Shown here piece by piece: positions 47,950-55,860 of a stretch of DNA of 63,892 nucleotides (positions within the stretch are counted from its first letter, which is position 1; every line of letters starts with the position of its first letter). Below the pieces are notes generated by a model that was not told where the DNA came from, searched no databases, and worked only from the letters and a program-made list of their open reading frames with translations. Made by a program: the position numbers and the translations under genes. Source of the DNA: a virus (lineage: Duplodnaviria; Caudoviricetes); IMG/VR virus record IMGVR_UViG_3300033433_000002, positions 1 to 63,892 of that record. One strand, given 5' to 3'.

Positions 47950-47955
47950 TTCAAA

Positions 47956-48035
47956 CAAAAGTGCCCCGCCGGTCCTCAGTCTTGGGAGGGAGAGGGACCA
48001 ACGGGGCAGCAGACCAGCCGAGGCCGGTCTTTTTT
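47956..48035 (+). ncRNA. Putative ~80-nt sRNA or attenuated leader
   Basis: Hairpin TGCCCCG..GGTCC/GGACC..CGGGGCA, then terminator AGACC.GCC-GA-GGC.GGTCT-TTTTT. Confidence 0.5.
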
Positions 48036-48052
48036 CTGAGAAAGGAGAATTT

Positions 48053-48235
48053 ATGAAGGTTGCCATTTTTATAGCCACCGTGATCTTCGGCCTACTCTTC
48101 TTTTGGACCGCTCGGTACGAAATCTTTCCGACCCACGAAAAAGAACATTCCAGAGCATACCGGTTGGATAAGTGGACCGGAGAAGTGACCTATTTCTCGG
48201 GACAGATGGAACGAGATACAAGGAAAGTAGATTGA
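48053..48235 (+). CDS. Small single-TM membrane protein (moron)
   Basis: AAGGAG RBS; TM, then RY...YRLDKWTGE. Confidence 0.7.
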   Translation: MKVAIFIATVIFGLLFFWTARYEIFPTHEKEHSRAYRLDKWTGEVTYFSGQMERDTRKVD

Positions 48236-48237
48236 GT

Positions 48238-48453
48238 TCATGCGGCCTTTTTTTTGCCGTTTTTGGGGTATAGTAAATCGATAACCCCGACCTTTCCCCT
48301 GGTGGCCCTGGAGATCTTTAGAGCCATCGCCGGAGATGGGTTGTACGATTTACACATCATTTGCCTAAATGTTCGGTAATTAAATCCGTTCTTTAAGCAA
48401 AAATGCTTGATCGTCATTTTTTTTATTATGAGAAACTCACGCAAAGCATCCAT
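48238..48453 (-). CDS. Cro-like HTH regulator
   Basis: L.EFL, PS..MALKI..AT.GKV...DL; first gene from the leftward promoter. Confidence 0.8.
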   Translation of the reverse strand: MDALREFLIIKKMTIKHFCLKNGFNYRTFRQMMCKSYNPSPAMALKISRATRGKVGVIDLLYPKNGKKKAA

Positions 48454-48454
48454 C

Positions 48455-48493
48455 GTTAGGATCAACCTAACACAAGACCAAATTCAATGTCAA
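48455..48493 (-). promoter_or_regulatory. Leftward early promoter with operator
   Basis: TTGACA-18-TAGGTT with TG extension; palindrome GTTAGG-ATCAA-CCTAAC at 48455-71 covers the -10. Confidence 0.8.
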
Positions 48494-48745
48494 TAAAAAT
48501 CTCACCTTGGCCCCGTAATCCTTTATTTTCTAAAGAAAAACAACATTAAACCATCACAACTTGCCAGAGAATTGGGCGTCGAGAGAGCAACCGTGACGGG
48601 ATGGACAAAGGGAAAGCATGGCTTTACCATAGGCCATCTTGAACAAATGCTGAAACTCTTCAAAATCAATTTCCTAGAATTTGCCATCGTAGCCAACGAA
48701 AAGACCTCATGGGGAAAACACAACCCCGCCTCCAAGCCTGAATAA
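48487..48745 (+). pseudogene. XRE-family repressor-like ORF with no in-frame canonical start before the HTH
   Basis: Frame 48497-48745 gives ..LKKNNIKPSQLARELGVERATVTGWTKGK..; the ATG at 48487 is one base out of frame across an A5 run. Confidence 0.65.
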
Positions 48746-48764
48746 ACATTTCTAAAGAAAAAGC

Positions 48765-48802
48765 TTGACAAGCCTTTTTCATTATGTTAGGTTGATCCTA
48801 AC
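48765..48802 (+). promoter_or_regulatory. Rightward early promoter with operator
   Basis: TTGACA-17-TAGGTT; operator 48786-802 is the exact inverted copy of 48455-71. Confidence 0.82.
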
Positions 48803-48844
48803 ACTTTATGAAAGGGCAAAATGACCACCGCTACTAACCTTCCC

Positions 48845-48995
48845 AGCCGCCTGCCAATGGACACGATAGACAAACGGAGCCCGAGGCGAAATCCGGTCCA
48901 CTGGTGCGGGGTCTTTCCTTTGGAGAGCCCTTTGTGGCTAAAGGATACGGTGAACCGGCCCACGGTCCCGGAGTGGCGACACGACGGCAGCGCCC
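48845..48995 (+). ncRNA. Structured GC-rich 5' leader
   Basis: Nested stems CTGCC/GGCAG, TGGAC/GTCCA, CGGA/TCCG, CTTTCC/GGAGAG, CCTTT/AAAGG. Confidence 0.4.
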
Positions 48996-49033
48996 GGAGT
49001 AGCAACATCTTTCAATGAGAAAGGAGAATCACA

Positions 49034-49201
49034 ATGGATTGGAAAAAGAAACTGACCAAAAAGGAAATGAAGCACGTTAAGGAAACAACGAACCGACCTA
49101 CCCTTGAATCTATTCAGCGCAATCTTGAAGGACAAAAGAAACATGGAACCAAGTGTTGGGAATGTCGATCCATCGGTCGGAAGCTCGGGCTGGAGGTTTG
49201 A
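49034..49201 (+). CDS. 55-aa basic protein with CxxC
   Basis: AAGGAG RBS; MDWKKKLTKKEMKH...CWECRSIGRKLGLEV; below the ORF-track cutoff. Confidence 0.7.
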   Translation: MDWKKKLTKKEMKHVKETTNRPTLESIQRNLEGQKKHGTKCWECRSIGRKLGLEV

Positions 49202-49247
49202 TCTTAGGATTTCAAACAAATCTTTTAACCGAAAGGAGGTGATTCAC

Positions 49248-49475
49248 TTGGACTACCTTGTGACAGTGACGATCCAGGACAAGCCCGGAGTACCGCCGGA
49301 CGGACAGAAGCTTTACGAGCAGAGGATGGGCAGCAAGGAATTTAACCTTAAAGGACTAATCCTGGCCCTGAACACGCAGCGAAGGAAGAGGGTAAGGAAG
49401 GAGGAGGGGAAGAAGGCAGTTTTGCCACAAGCGCAAAGGAAGCCCTCAACTCTCAATCTCGGTCTGCATCTTTAA
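49248..49475 (+). CDS. Hypothetical protein
   Basis: AGGAGGT RBS before a TTG start. Confidence 0.6.
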   Translation: MDYLVTVTIQDKPGVPPDGQKLYEQRMGSKEFNLKGLILALNTQRRKRVRKEEGKKAVLPQAQRKPSTLNLGLHL

Positions 49476-49574
49476 TAAGGGCGCCGGGAAGCCCTGTCTT
49501 CATTTACGCGAGAAAGACGGGGCCTTCCGCTGCAACTTTACCAGCGCGGCACAGAAGAGGGCGAGGAAGAGGGT

Positions 49575-49763
49575 ATGAATATTCCAATCGACAAACTTTA
49601 CTTCTTCTGCCCTCAAAGGCGCGACTATAGGACCGTAAGCGTCTGCATCTTCAAGGAATGCCATAAACTCATCAAGTCCCCAGAGGGATACTCCTGCAAT
49701 CGACCTGACGGAGTGGTAGCGGCGAAGGGAAAAGCATATCATCCATGGAGGGCGATGCCATGA
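49575..49763 (+). CDS. Small Cys-rich protein
   Basis: FFCP...C...C...C; coupled to the next gene. Confidence 0.55.
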   Translation: MNIPIDKLYFFCPQRRDYRTVSVCIFKECHKLIKSPEGYSCNRPDGVVAAKGKAYHPWRAMP

Positions 49764-49861
49764 ACTGGATCTTCTTTGGAATTGGCGTGTTCGTTGGCAG
49801 CTTTATCACCTTAATTGTAGTGGCAATCATAATTGACGGAAAAGAGAGGAGGTTCACATGA
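49760..49861 (+). CDS. 33-aa membrane peptide
   Basis: [25 protein letters not shown]; ATGA overlaps at both ends. Confidence 0.6.
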   Translation: MNWIFFGIGVFVGSFITLIVVAIIIDGKERRFT

Positions 49862-50904
49862 TAAGAGTTTTTCTAATCGCAATGGTGTTTTTGGCTATGG
49901 TGAATCCGGGTTTTGCTCAGTTTGATATTGCAGGAACTATTGCTAGACCAGATCAAGTCGCTCAGTTATCCATATTGACCCCAACTTGTGCTTGCTACTC
50001 AAACGGAGACTGCGGCACAGGTAATTGCTGCTACAATGCCGGGACAAGCTCGGCTTACTGTGCTCCATGTGGGTGCATTACTTGCCCTCCTGGGCCTCCA
50101 GGTCCACAGGGACCAGCCGGACCAGTGGGGCCTCCAGGCTTGACCGGCCCACAGGGACCAAAAGGCGATCCGTCAACCGTTCCTGGTCCACAAGGCCCTC
50201 CTGGTTTAACCGGCCCACAGGGAGCTACAGGCCCCGTAGGACCACAAGGACCAAAAGGGGATAAGGGAGATACGGGAGCACCCGGGCAAGGCTACCAAGG
50301 GCCACAGGGACCCCAAGGACCACAAGGATTGAAGGGAGACAAGGGTGATACGGGGTCAAAAGGGGATAAAGGGGATACCGGACCGGCCGGACCTGGAGGA
50401 GGAGGCCCGAACCGCTGTGTGGTTGATAAGTTTTATGGCTACCAACCACAGACAGACGATTGCCGACTAATTTTTGTCACCACAGAAGTCTTTACCGGAA
50501 ACCTCGGAGGATCCGATCAGGCCGATAAGATTTGCCAAGGGATCGCGGAGGTAGTGAACCTCTGGAACCCTACCGCATACAGAGCCTTCATTTCAGACAT
50601 ATCTCGAATCACTCATTCATCTGTTCCATACTTTAACCTCAAGGCCGCTATGGTCGCGGAGAACTGGAACGCCCTCATTTCACAACCATTAAATAGGGCA
50701 ATTCGCTTTGATCAGTTTCAGCACATCGTCTCCGCACCGTTTCAGGTCTGGACCGGGTTCGTTGAGGATTGCAAAGGGTGGACCTCCTCATCCTCGTCCG
50801 CAAGGGGAACCCACGGCCTAAGCAATACCATTGACGTTTGGGAAGACAACGGGGAGTTGTCCTGCTCAAAGAAGGCCCATTTGTACTGCATCGAAGAAGA
50901 CTGA
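49858..50904 (+). CDS. Secreted collagen-like protein with C-terminal endostatin-like (DUF1554-like) domain
   Basis: Signal peptide; Cys-rich knot; ~32 Gly-X-Y triplets; IFVT...GNLGG...AD..C...YRAFIS...VWTG..C.GWTS...C.....LYCIE. Confidence 0.82.
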   Translation: MIRVFLIAMVFLAMVNPGFAQFDIAGTIARPDQVAQLSILTPTCACYSNGDCGTGNCCYNAGTSSAYCAPCGCITCPPGPPGPQGPAGPVGPPGLTGPQGPKGDPSTVPGPQGPPGLTGPQGATGPVGPQGPKGDKGDTGAPGQGYQGPQGPQGPQGLKGDKGDTGSKGDKGDTGPAGPGGGGPNRCVVDKFYGYQPQTDDCRLIFVTTEVFTGNLGGSDQADKICQGIAEVVNLWNPTAYRAFISDISRITHSSVPYFNLKAAMVAENWNALISQPLNRAIRFDQFQHIVSAPFQVWTGFVEDCKGWTSSSSSARGTHGLSNTIDVWEDNGELSCSKKAHLYCIEED

Positions 50905-50919
50905 AAGGAGGTTCGTGTA

Positions 50920-51129
50920 ATGGACAACCACCTACTTCTTTTAAACGGAAATCCGAAATGCACCTTGATAGAAAGTTTCGACGGGAAAGCCATTGTCCTG
51001 GCCGACGGGAAGCGGCTCGAATTTAACTCATTAAAAGAAGCTCGGTCTTTTGTCGAAATCTCCGACCTGGAGATAAACTGTGCTTTTCTGCACGGGTCGA
51101 GCATTAAGAGGGCGGGAGGTTTCCAATGA
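50920..51129 (+). CDS. Hypothetical protein
   Basis: AGGAGG RBS. Confidence 0.55.
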   Translation: MDNHLLLLNGNPKCTLIESFDGKAIVLADGKRLEFNSLKEARSFVEISDLEINCAFLHGSSIKRAGGFQ

Positions 51130-51215
51130 TCGATCGCGCAAGTATCCTACTGTTTGGATTTACTTTAATGCTCATGGGCATAGTCGTGGGCGCACAAATT
51201 ATACTGCTGAGATAG
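51126..51215 (+). CDS. 29-aa membrane peptide
   Basis: MIDRASILLFGFTLMLMGIVVGAQIILLR; GGAGG RBS. Confidence 0.5.
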   Translation: MIDRASILLFGFTLMLMGIVVGAQIILLR

Positions 51216-51226
51216 GAGGAAGGAAG

Positions 51227-52129
51227 ATGAGCGAGAATGAAGAACGAGAAAACCTACCGGCAATAGCAGATGATTTTTTGATTCAGGTGGCGGATCAGGC
51301 CGAGCGCAGGGTTGACGCGGTAATGAAGATCAAACGTGTATCCCTGAAGGTTACGAACGCGAGGGATTGGACCGACCAGAATGGCAACCCCTATTTACAG
51401 GTCAGCGGGTCCGAGAAGATTGCCAACCTCTTCAACATCTCATGGAGGATTGACGAACCTCTCTATAACGAAGAACCGGACGGCCATTTCACATGGACCT
51501 ACAAAGGATATTTCACTCTTGGAGGCCGGTCGATAGAGGCAATAGGAACGAGATCAAGCAAAGATGCCTTTTTCAACAAATACTCTTATGGGGATGCAGA
51601 TGAGGAAGGAAAGAAGAAAAAGACTCTTCTGCCTCCATCTGCTATCGACAAAGGAGACGTTAAGAAAGCCGCCATGACAAACCTCTTCGGGAACGGTATC
51701 ACCCGCATCCTTGGAATCCGAAACCTCACATGGGACGACCTGAAAGAATTCGCCGGGATCACTAAAGATCAGGTATCGGCCATCCAGTACCGTAAGGGTG
51801 GAGAAAAGCCTTCAATACAAGAGCCTCAGAAGAAGAACGGGGATACCAAGACCGACAACCTCACGGCCTCCATTACCATCAAATCAGTTGAGATTCAGAC
51901 CAAAGACAAGTCCGGTAAAGACCTGAAAAGCCATCGGTATCACATTCTCAGCGACGAGGGTAAACGATACGTCACCTTCGACAAGAAGTTTTATGACTTG
52001 TCCTTGCCATTAGCAAAGACGACCCAAATTCTGAAGGTCGAATACAAAGAAACCCAATTCGGGAATGACATTGTAAACCTTTCGATAGTTGAGCCAGAAG
52101 AACCGCCGGAGCCGGGGAGCGAGGGGTAG
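51227..52129 (+). CDS. Probable single-strand annealing/recombination protein
   Basis: PYL..SG.EKI..LF, G.RSS, V.K.A.....GI..ILG; OB-like C-terminus; upstream of an exonuclease. Confidence 0.55.
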   Translation: MSENEERENLPAIADDFLIQVADQAERRVDAVMKIKRVSLKVTNARDWTDQNGNPYLQVSGSEKIANLFNISWRIDEPLYNEEPDGHFTWTYKGYFTLGGRSIEAIGTRSSKDAFFNKYSYGDADEEGKKKKTLLPPSAIDKGDVKKAAMTNLFGNGITRILGIRNLTWDDLKEFAGITKDQVSAIQYRKGGEKPSIQEPQKKNGDTKTDNLTASITIKSVEIQTKDKSGKDLKSHRYHILSDEGKRYVTFDKKFYDLSLPLAKTTQILKVEYKETQFGNDIVNLSIVEPEEPPEPGSEG

Positions 52130-52132
52130 GAA

Positions 52133-52288
52133 ATGGAATTGTGTTCTGCTTGCGAAGAAGGTAGACATTGGGATTGTAATTTGGCTACTTGGTGAATGTG
52201 CGATTGCGATGGTGAGGCGGTCGGGCCTTACTCGGAACCTTACGATGAATTGCAACAAGATAGATTCGAGGAATATGAAGATGGCTGA
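52133..52288 (+). CDS. 51-codon Cys/His-rich protein with in-frame TGA (candidate selenoprotein)
   Basis: MELCSACEEGRHWDCNLATW*MCDCDGEAVG...EDG; fills the gap between neighbours; TGA 52193-95 sits in a (*)xCxC motif. Confidence 0.55.
52207..52234 (+). promoter_or_regulatory. SECIS-like hairpin
   Basis: GTGAGGC-GGTCGG-GCCTTAC; loop begins at the 24th base after the TGA. Confidence 0.4.
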
Positions 52289-52847
52289 TCTCGAATTCAT
52301 CGAAGAGGGCCACGTTTACAAAATAGGGGACCGTCGCCTTATAAGCGTGACCCAGGCCCTAAAGGTCGTGGATGATCGATACAAAGTTGACCCCTGGTAC
52401 TTTGAAAGAGGCCGGATCATACATCTCTGCACAGAATACGAGGACCGGGACGAACTCGACCTGGATACCGTAGATACACAGGTTGCCGGATATGTCCAGG
52501 CCTACGTCACCTTCAAGAAAGATACCGGATTTAAGCCCACGATTATCGAGAAGCCAATGGTTCATCCGAAGCTGTGGTATGCTGGCAAGCCGGACAAAAT
52601 AGGCCCCTTAAACGGCATCCTGGCGTTGATCGACCTAAAAAGTGGCGCTCCGGCCAAGGTTGACCCGCTTCAGGGTGCCGCTTACTGGGAACTGGCCATC
52701 GTTAACGGTATTCCGGTCAAGAAGGCATTCGATCTCTACCTAAAGGACGACGGGACCTACAAGCTGGAGCCGATACAGAACCCGAAATCACTTTTGCCGG
52801 TGTTCCTGGCCGCGCTCCGCATAACCCAATGGAAAGAAAAGTTATGA
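52281..52847 (+). CDS. PD-(D/E)XK exonuclease (Cas4/RecB-like)
   Basis: F.EE.H.Y, SVTQ, RG..IH, E......YAG..D, ID.KS, Q..AY. Confidence 0.85.
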   Translation: MADLEFIEEGHVYKIGDRRLISVTQALKVVDDRYKVDPWYFERGRIIHLCTEYEDRDELDLDTVDTQVAGYVQAYVTFKKDTGFKPTIIEKPMVHPKLWYAGKPDKIGPLNGILALIDLKSGAPAKVDPLQGAAYWELAIVNGIPVKKAFDLYLKDDGTYKLEPIQNPKSLLPVFLAALRITQWKEKL

Positions 52848-53014
52848 TTGCTTCTCGCCTAAAATGGATCATTACAGGTTTAGATTGGGAACGCTTAACT
52901 CCGTGGGAAGAGAAGTTCGTCGAGGATATGGAAAATTACTTTAATCGAAAGGGTGATCTCACCGACAAACAGGAAGAAATCTTAGAACGAATTTACAAGG
53001 AGAAATCAAGATGA
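52844..53014 (+). CDS. 56-aa protein, paralog 1
   Basis: LTPWEEKF..D......L.DKQ...LERIY. Confidence 0.75.
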   Translation: MIASRLKWIITGLDWERLTPWEEKFVEDMENYFNRKGDLTDKQEEILERIYKEKSR

Positions 53015-53649
53015 ATGACATCGAAGCCGTAAAAGCAGAAACGCTACCCATCCCACTTTCAAGGGCAGAAATATGCAGAAGATCGAGAGCCCGAAAGCGT
53101 GGAGAAGTTGTCGAACCAAGACAATACCCTACCGGAATAAATAACCATGCGTGGAGGGGTGGTTACCATTCGGCACGTTGCGACTTTTGCGGAGATATTT
53201 TCTTTGGCCCTAAACATGAATTGAAGCATAGAAAGTATTGCTCAAAATCATGTTATTGGAAAGATAAATTAAAACCAGACCGAAGGAGAATAAGAGTCCA
53301 CGACAAAATAGCAGAAAAAGCATTAGGGAAGATACTCCCTTTGCAAGCTGTAGTTCATCACGTAAACAGGAACAGGAAAGATAGGACTCATTCAAACCTT
53401 GTTATTTGTCAAGATCAAGCCTATCATCTTTTGCTTCATGCTCGAAAACGGATATATGACGCTGGTGGAAATCCAAATATAGATAAGGTTTGCGCCAAGT
53501 GCGGTCAAGTAAAACCCAAAAAGGACTTTCATATCTCGCAGAGAGGTGATGGTCGAAGATGTTATTGTAAACTGTGTCAGGCCCAATACCATCAAGAAAG
53601 GAGATCACATGGAATCCTTAACCAATCTTCCAGAAGTGCAGGAAATTGA
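53011..53649 (+). CDS. HNH endonuclease with Zn-finger motifs
   Basis: WRGG, C..CG, YCS..C, H..IAE..LG..L....VHH.N....D....NL.IC..H...H, CAKC, CKLC. Confidence 0.85.
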   Translation: MNDIEAVKAETLPIPLSRAEICRRSRARKRGEVVEPRQYPTGINNHAWRGGYHSARCDFCGDIFFGPKHELKHRKYCSKSCYWKDKLKPDRRRIRVHDKIAEKALGKILPLQAVVHHVNRNRKDRTHSNLVICQDQAYHLLLHARKRIYDAGGNPNIDKVCAKCGQVKPKKDFHISQRGDGRRCYCKLCQAQYHQERRSHGILNQSSRSAGN

Positions 53650-54349
53650 ACAGGCAAAGTCAAAGTTTTTAACCGTTGCTCTCTCAACTAAAGTAATAGA
53701 TCATGCTTCCCTTGAATTGGGGAATCAACTTTTCCTTCAAGCCGATTCTGCTTTAAAGGCCATTGATGACAAACTTGACCCAAAGCGAGAACTGGCCTAC
53801 CGCGCCTATCAGGAATGGCTGAAACTCATCAAGGAACTGAAAGACCCTTATCTGAAGGCAAAGGCTTATCTCAATGGTCAGATTGTGGATTATAAACGGG
53901 AACAGGATAGGAAGAGGGATGAGGAACAGGAAAGGCTCCGACAAGAAGCCTTGAAAGCGGAAGCGGCTCGGCGCAAGGAGGAAGAGGATCGAAAGACTCA
54001 GGAAGCAGCAGACTTAGAAGCCGCAGGTCTACAGGAAGAAGCCCAAGCCCTCGTCGATGAGGTCATCGAGGACATCGGGAAGCCGGTCGAGGTCTATGTC
54101 CCTCCACCGGAAACGGCAAAGGTGAAGCTGGACGGGGCGAGCATACGAGAGACCTGGAGCGCCCAAGTAACAGATCTCCGGGCCCTGTGCCGCGCCGTGG
54201 CCGATGGTAAGGCACCCCTAGCCTACATAGAAGCCAATATGACGGCTCTCAATGCTCAGGCCCGGTCTCTTAAAAAGGAGCTAAACATCCCTGGAGTCAA
54301 GTCCGTGTCGAGCCAGTCCATGTCAGCCACCGGCAGAAGGGCAGCATGA
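53609..54349 (+). CDS. Coiled-coil early protein
   Basis: AAGGAG RBS; long charged helix; W...V.D...L and IPGV C-terminus. Confidence 0.65.
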   Translation: MESLTNLPEVQEIEQAKSKFLTVALSTKVIDHASLELGNQLFLQADSALKAIDDKLDPKRELAYRAYQEWLKLIKELKDPYLKAKAYLNGQIVDYKREQDRKRDEEQERLRQEALKAEAARRKEEEDRKTQEAADLEAAGLQEEAQALVDEVIEDIGKPVEVYVPPPETAKVKLDGASIRETWSAQVTDLRALCRAVADGKAPLAYIEANMTALNAQARSLKKELNIPGVKSVSSQSMSATGRRAA

Positions 54350-54653
54350 TGTATTTCCTCCCTGGTCAAAGGAAACAATGGGAGATAGATAAGTCTATTT
54401 CTTGGTGGCGCGGCGCCGCGGCGGGTGTCGTTGCCATTACGGTCTTATTCCTGGCCCTGGCCGGATACCTCTTTTTTTTTGTGTCCCTGCTTATGACAGT
54501 TCGATTAAAAAGCCTCTGGAGGCGGAGTTGGAGAAGGAAAGGGAAGCTCACGGGAAGGCAAGGGATGAGGCGGGGCTGATGCAGGGCGTGATTGTCGGAA
54601 CGTACGGGCGCGATGCAAAGACGGTGATTGAAGGATATAGGAGGAAGAGATGA
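54346..54653 (+). CDS. Membrane-anchored coiled-coil protein split by a -1 shift at a T9 run
   Basis: TM in the 54346 frame; the 54402-54653 frame continues after T9 (54472-80) and couples by ATGA to the next gene. Confidence 0.55.
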
Positions 54654-54895
54654 GCAATGGACGGCACATAAATTGGGAACTAAATAAAGATGCTTCAGGG
54701 AATTTTTTGACATCCACCGCAACTCTTGGAGTTCTCATGGACATAAGGGATGAGTTGGAAAAACTCAATCGGGTCTTTAAGTGTAGCAATTTCATTTCCA
54801 TTCCAAGGGTCTTGAAGTGTAGCAATTTCATTTCCATTCCAAGGGTCTTGAGAATATCTGCAAACACGGCCAAGCCGAGGAAAAAGAAGAGATGA
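54650..54895 (+). CDS. Hypothetical protein with an internal 12-aa duplication
   Basis: VLMDIRDEL..LN..C.NF..IP..L; ATGA-coupled. Confidence 0.7.
   Translation: MSNGRHINWELNKDASGNFLTSTATLGVLMDIRDELEKLNRVFKCSNFISIPRVLKCSNFISIPRVLRISANTAKPRKKKR
54779..54850. repeat. Perfect 2 x 36-bp tandem duplication
   Basis: AAGTGTAGCAATTTCATTTCCATTCCAAGGGTCTTG twice, in frame. Confidence 0.95.
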
Positions 54896-55062
54896 TAGAA
54901 TCCCGCCTGAAATGGATAATTTGCGGGATAGAATGGTCGTTGCTAACTCCTTGGGAAGAGAAATTCATAGAGGATGTCGAGGCCTACTTTAAAAGAAAAG
55001 GTGACCTCACCGACAAGCAGGAAGAGATTTTAGAGAGGATCTACAAGGAAAAATCAAGATGA
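54892..55062 (+). CDS. 56-aa protein, paralog 2
   Basis: MIESRLKWIICGIEWSLLTPWEEKFIEDVEAYFKRKGDLTDKQEEILERIYKEKSR; below the ORF-track cutoff. Confidence 0.75.
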   Translation: MIESRLKWIICGIEWSLLTPWEEKFIEDVEAYFKRKGDLTDKQEEILERIYKEKSR

Positions 55063-55850
55063 ATCGAACAAAGATAGAATATCTTGATTACACGTACAAT
55101 CCTATAGCCATGCGCTGCGCTCCTGTCTCTGTGGGGTGTGCTCATTGTTGGCATCTCTCTATGGCCAAGAGGCTGGCAAATAATCCCACGATTGACGATG
55201 ACCGGCGACACGCTTATACGGGAGGAACCCCGCTCCTTATTGATGAAGAACTTCAATCCCCTATCCATCTCAAAGGGCCTGCCAGAATTGGTTGTCAACT
55301 AATGGGAGATCTTTTCCATAAGGACGTGCCCGAAGAATGGCGAGGGAAGATCCTGACGCTTGCCAGAGCCTTACCACAACATAAATTCTTCTTTCTTACC
55401 AAAAGACCAAAGGAAATGCAGATCACCCTATGGGCTTGGGATATGAAAGGGGATACCAGTGGGTTAAATTGTGATCATCTATGGTTTGGGGTAAGCATCG
55501 AGGACCAGAAAACCGCCGACGAGAGGATACCGATTCTCCTTCAGACCCCCTCGGCCCACAGGTGGGTGAGTATTGAGCCGATGTTGGGGCCGGTAGATCT
55601 TCGTCAAGTTAGGTATATGCATGGTAATTCTCTTTTTGTTGGAGATGAGGGAGGATACGAGTACACCGGATCTAAAAGAAGTATGATTGATTGGGTCGTT
55701 CTTGGCGGCCTCTCCCTTCCCGGCGGCAAGGTCCAGGCTCCCAAGAAGGAATGGGTTTACTCCATCGTCGAACAGTGTGATGAGGCGGGAGTACCCTGCT
55801 TCATTAAGCCGAACGCTCAGTATCCAATCGAGAGAAAGGATTTGCCGTAA
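55059..55850 (+). CDS. DUF5131 (phage Gp37/Gp68) family protein
   Basis: TKIE..D.T.NP...C..VS.GCAHC, MGDLFH, LTKRP, GVSIEDQ..ADERIP.L, S.EP.LG, IDWV..GG. Confidence 0.92.
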   Translation: MNRTKIEYLDYTYNPIAMRCAPVSVGCAHCWHLSMAKRLANNPTIDDDRRHAYTGGTPLLIDEELQSPIHLKGPARIGCQLMGDLFHKDVPEEWRGKILTLARALPQHKFFFLTKRPKEMQITLWAWDMKGDTSGLNCDHLWFGVSIEDQKTADERIPILLQTPSAHRWVSIEPMLGPVDLRQVRYMHGNSLFVGDEGGYEYTGSKRSMIDWVVLGGLSLPGGKVQAPKKEWVYSIVEQCDEAGVPCFIKPNAQYPIERKDLP

Positions 55851-55860
55851 GCAGATGAAT

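Noticed and set aside
48860-48965. c-di-GMP-I (GEMM) riboswitch
   Set aside because: Only loose resemblance (GACAAA, GGGTCT, TACGGT); the conserved GGCAAA/GACGCAAA core is not matched, so kept only as a generic structured leader
50089-50400. Tandem DNA repeats
   Set aside because: Consequence of collagen Gly-X-Y coding
52281-52847. CRISPR-associated Cas4
   Set aside because: Lacks the Fe-S cysteines and cas context; sits with an annealing protein as a recombination exonuclease
54779-54850. CRISPR mini-array
   Set aside because: Two 36-bp units abut with no spacer and lie in frame in a gene; no cas operon
52844-55062. DGR template/variable repeat pair
   Set aside because: Differences are not adenine-specific, many are synonymous, and no reverse transcriptase is recognisable in the genome
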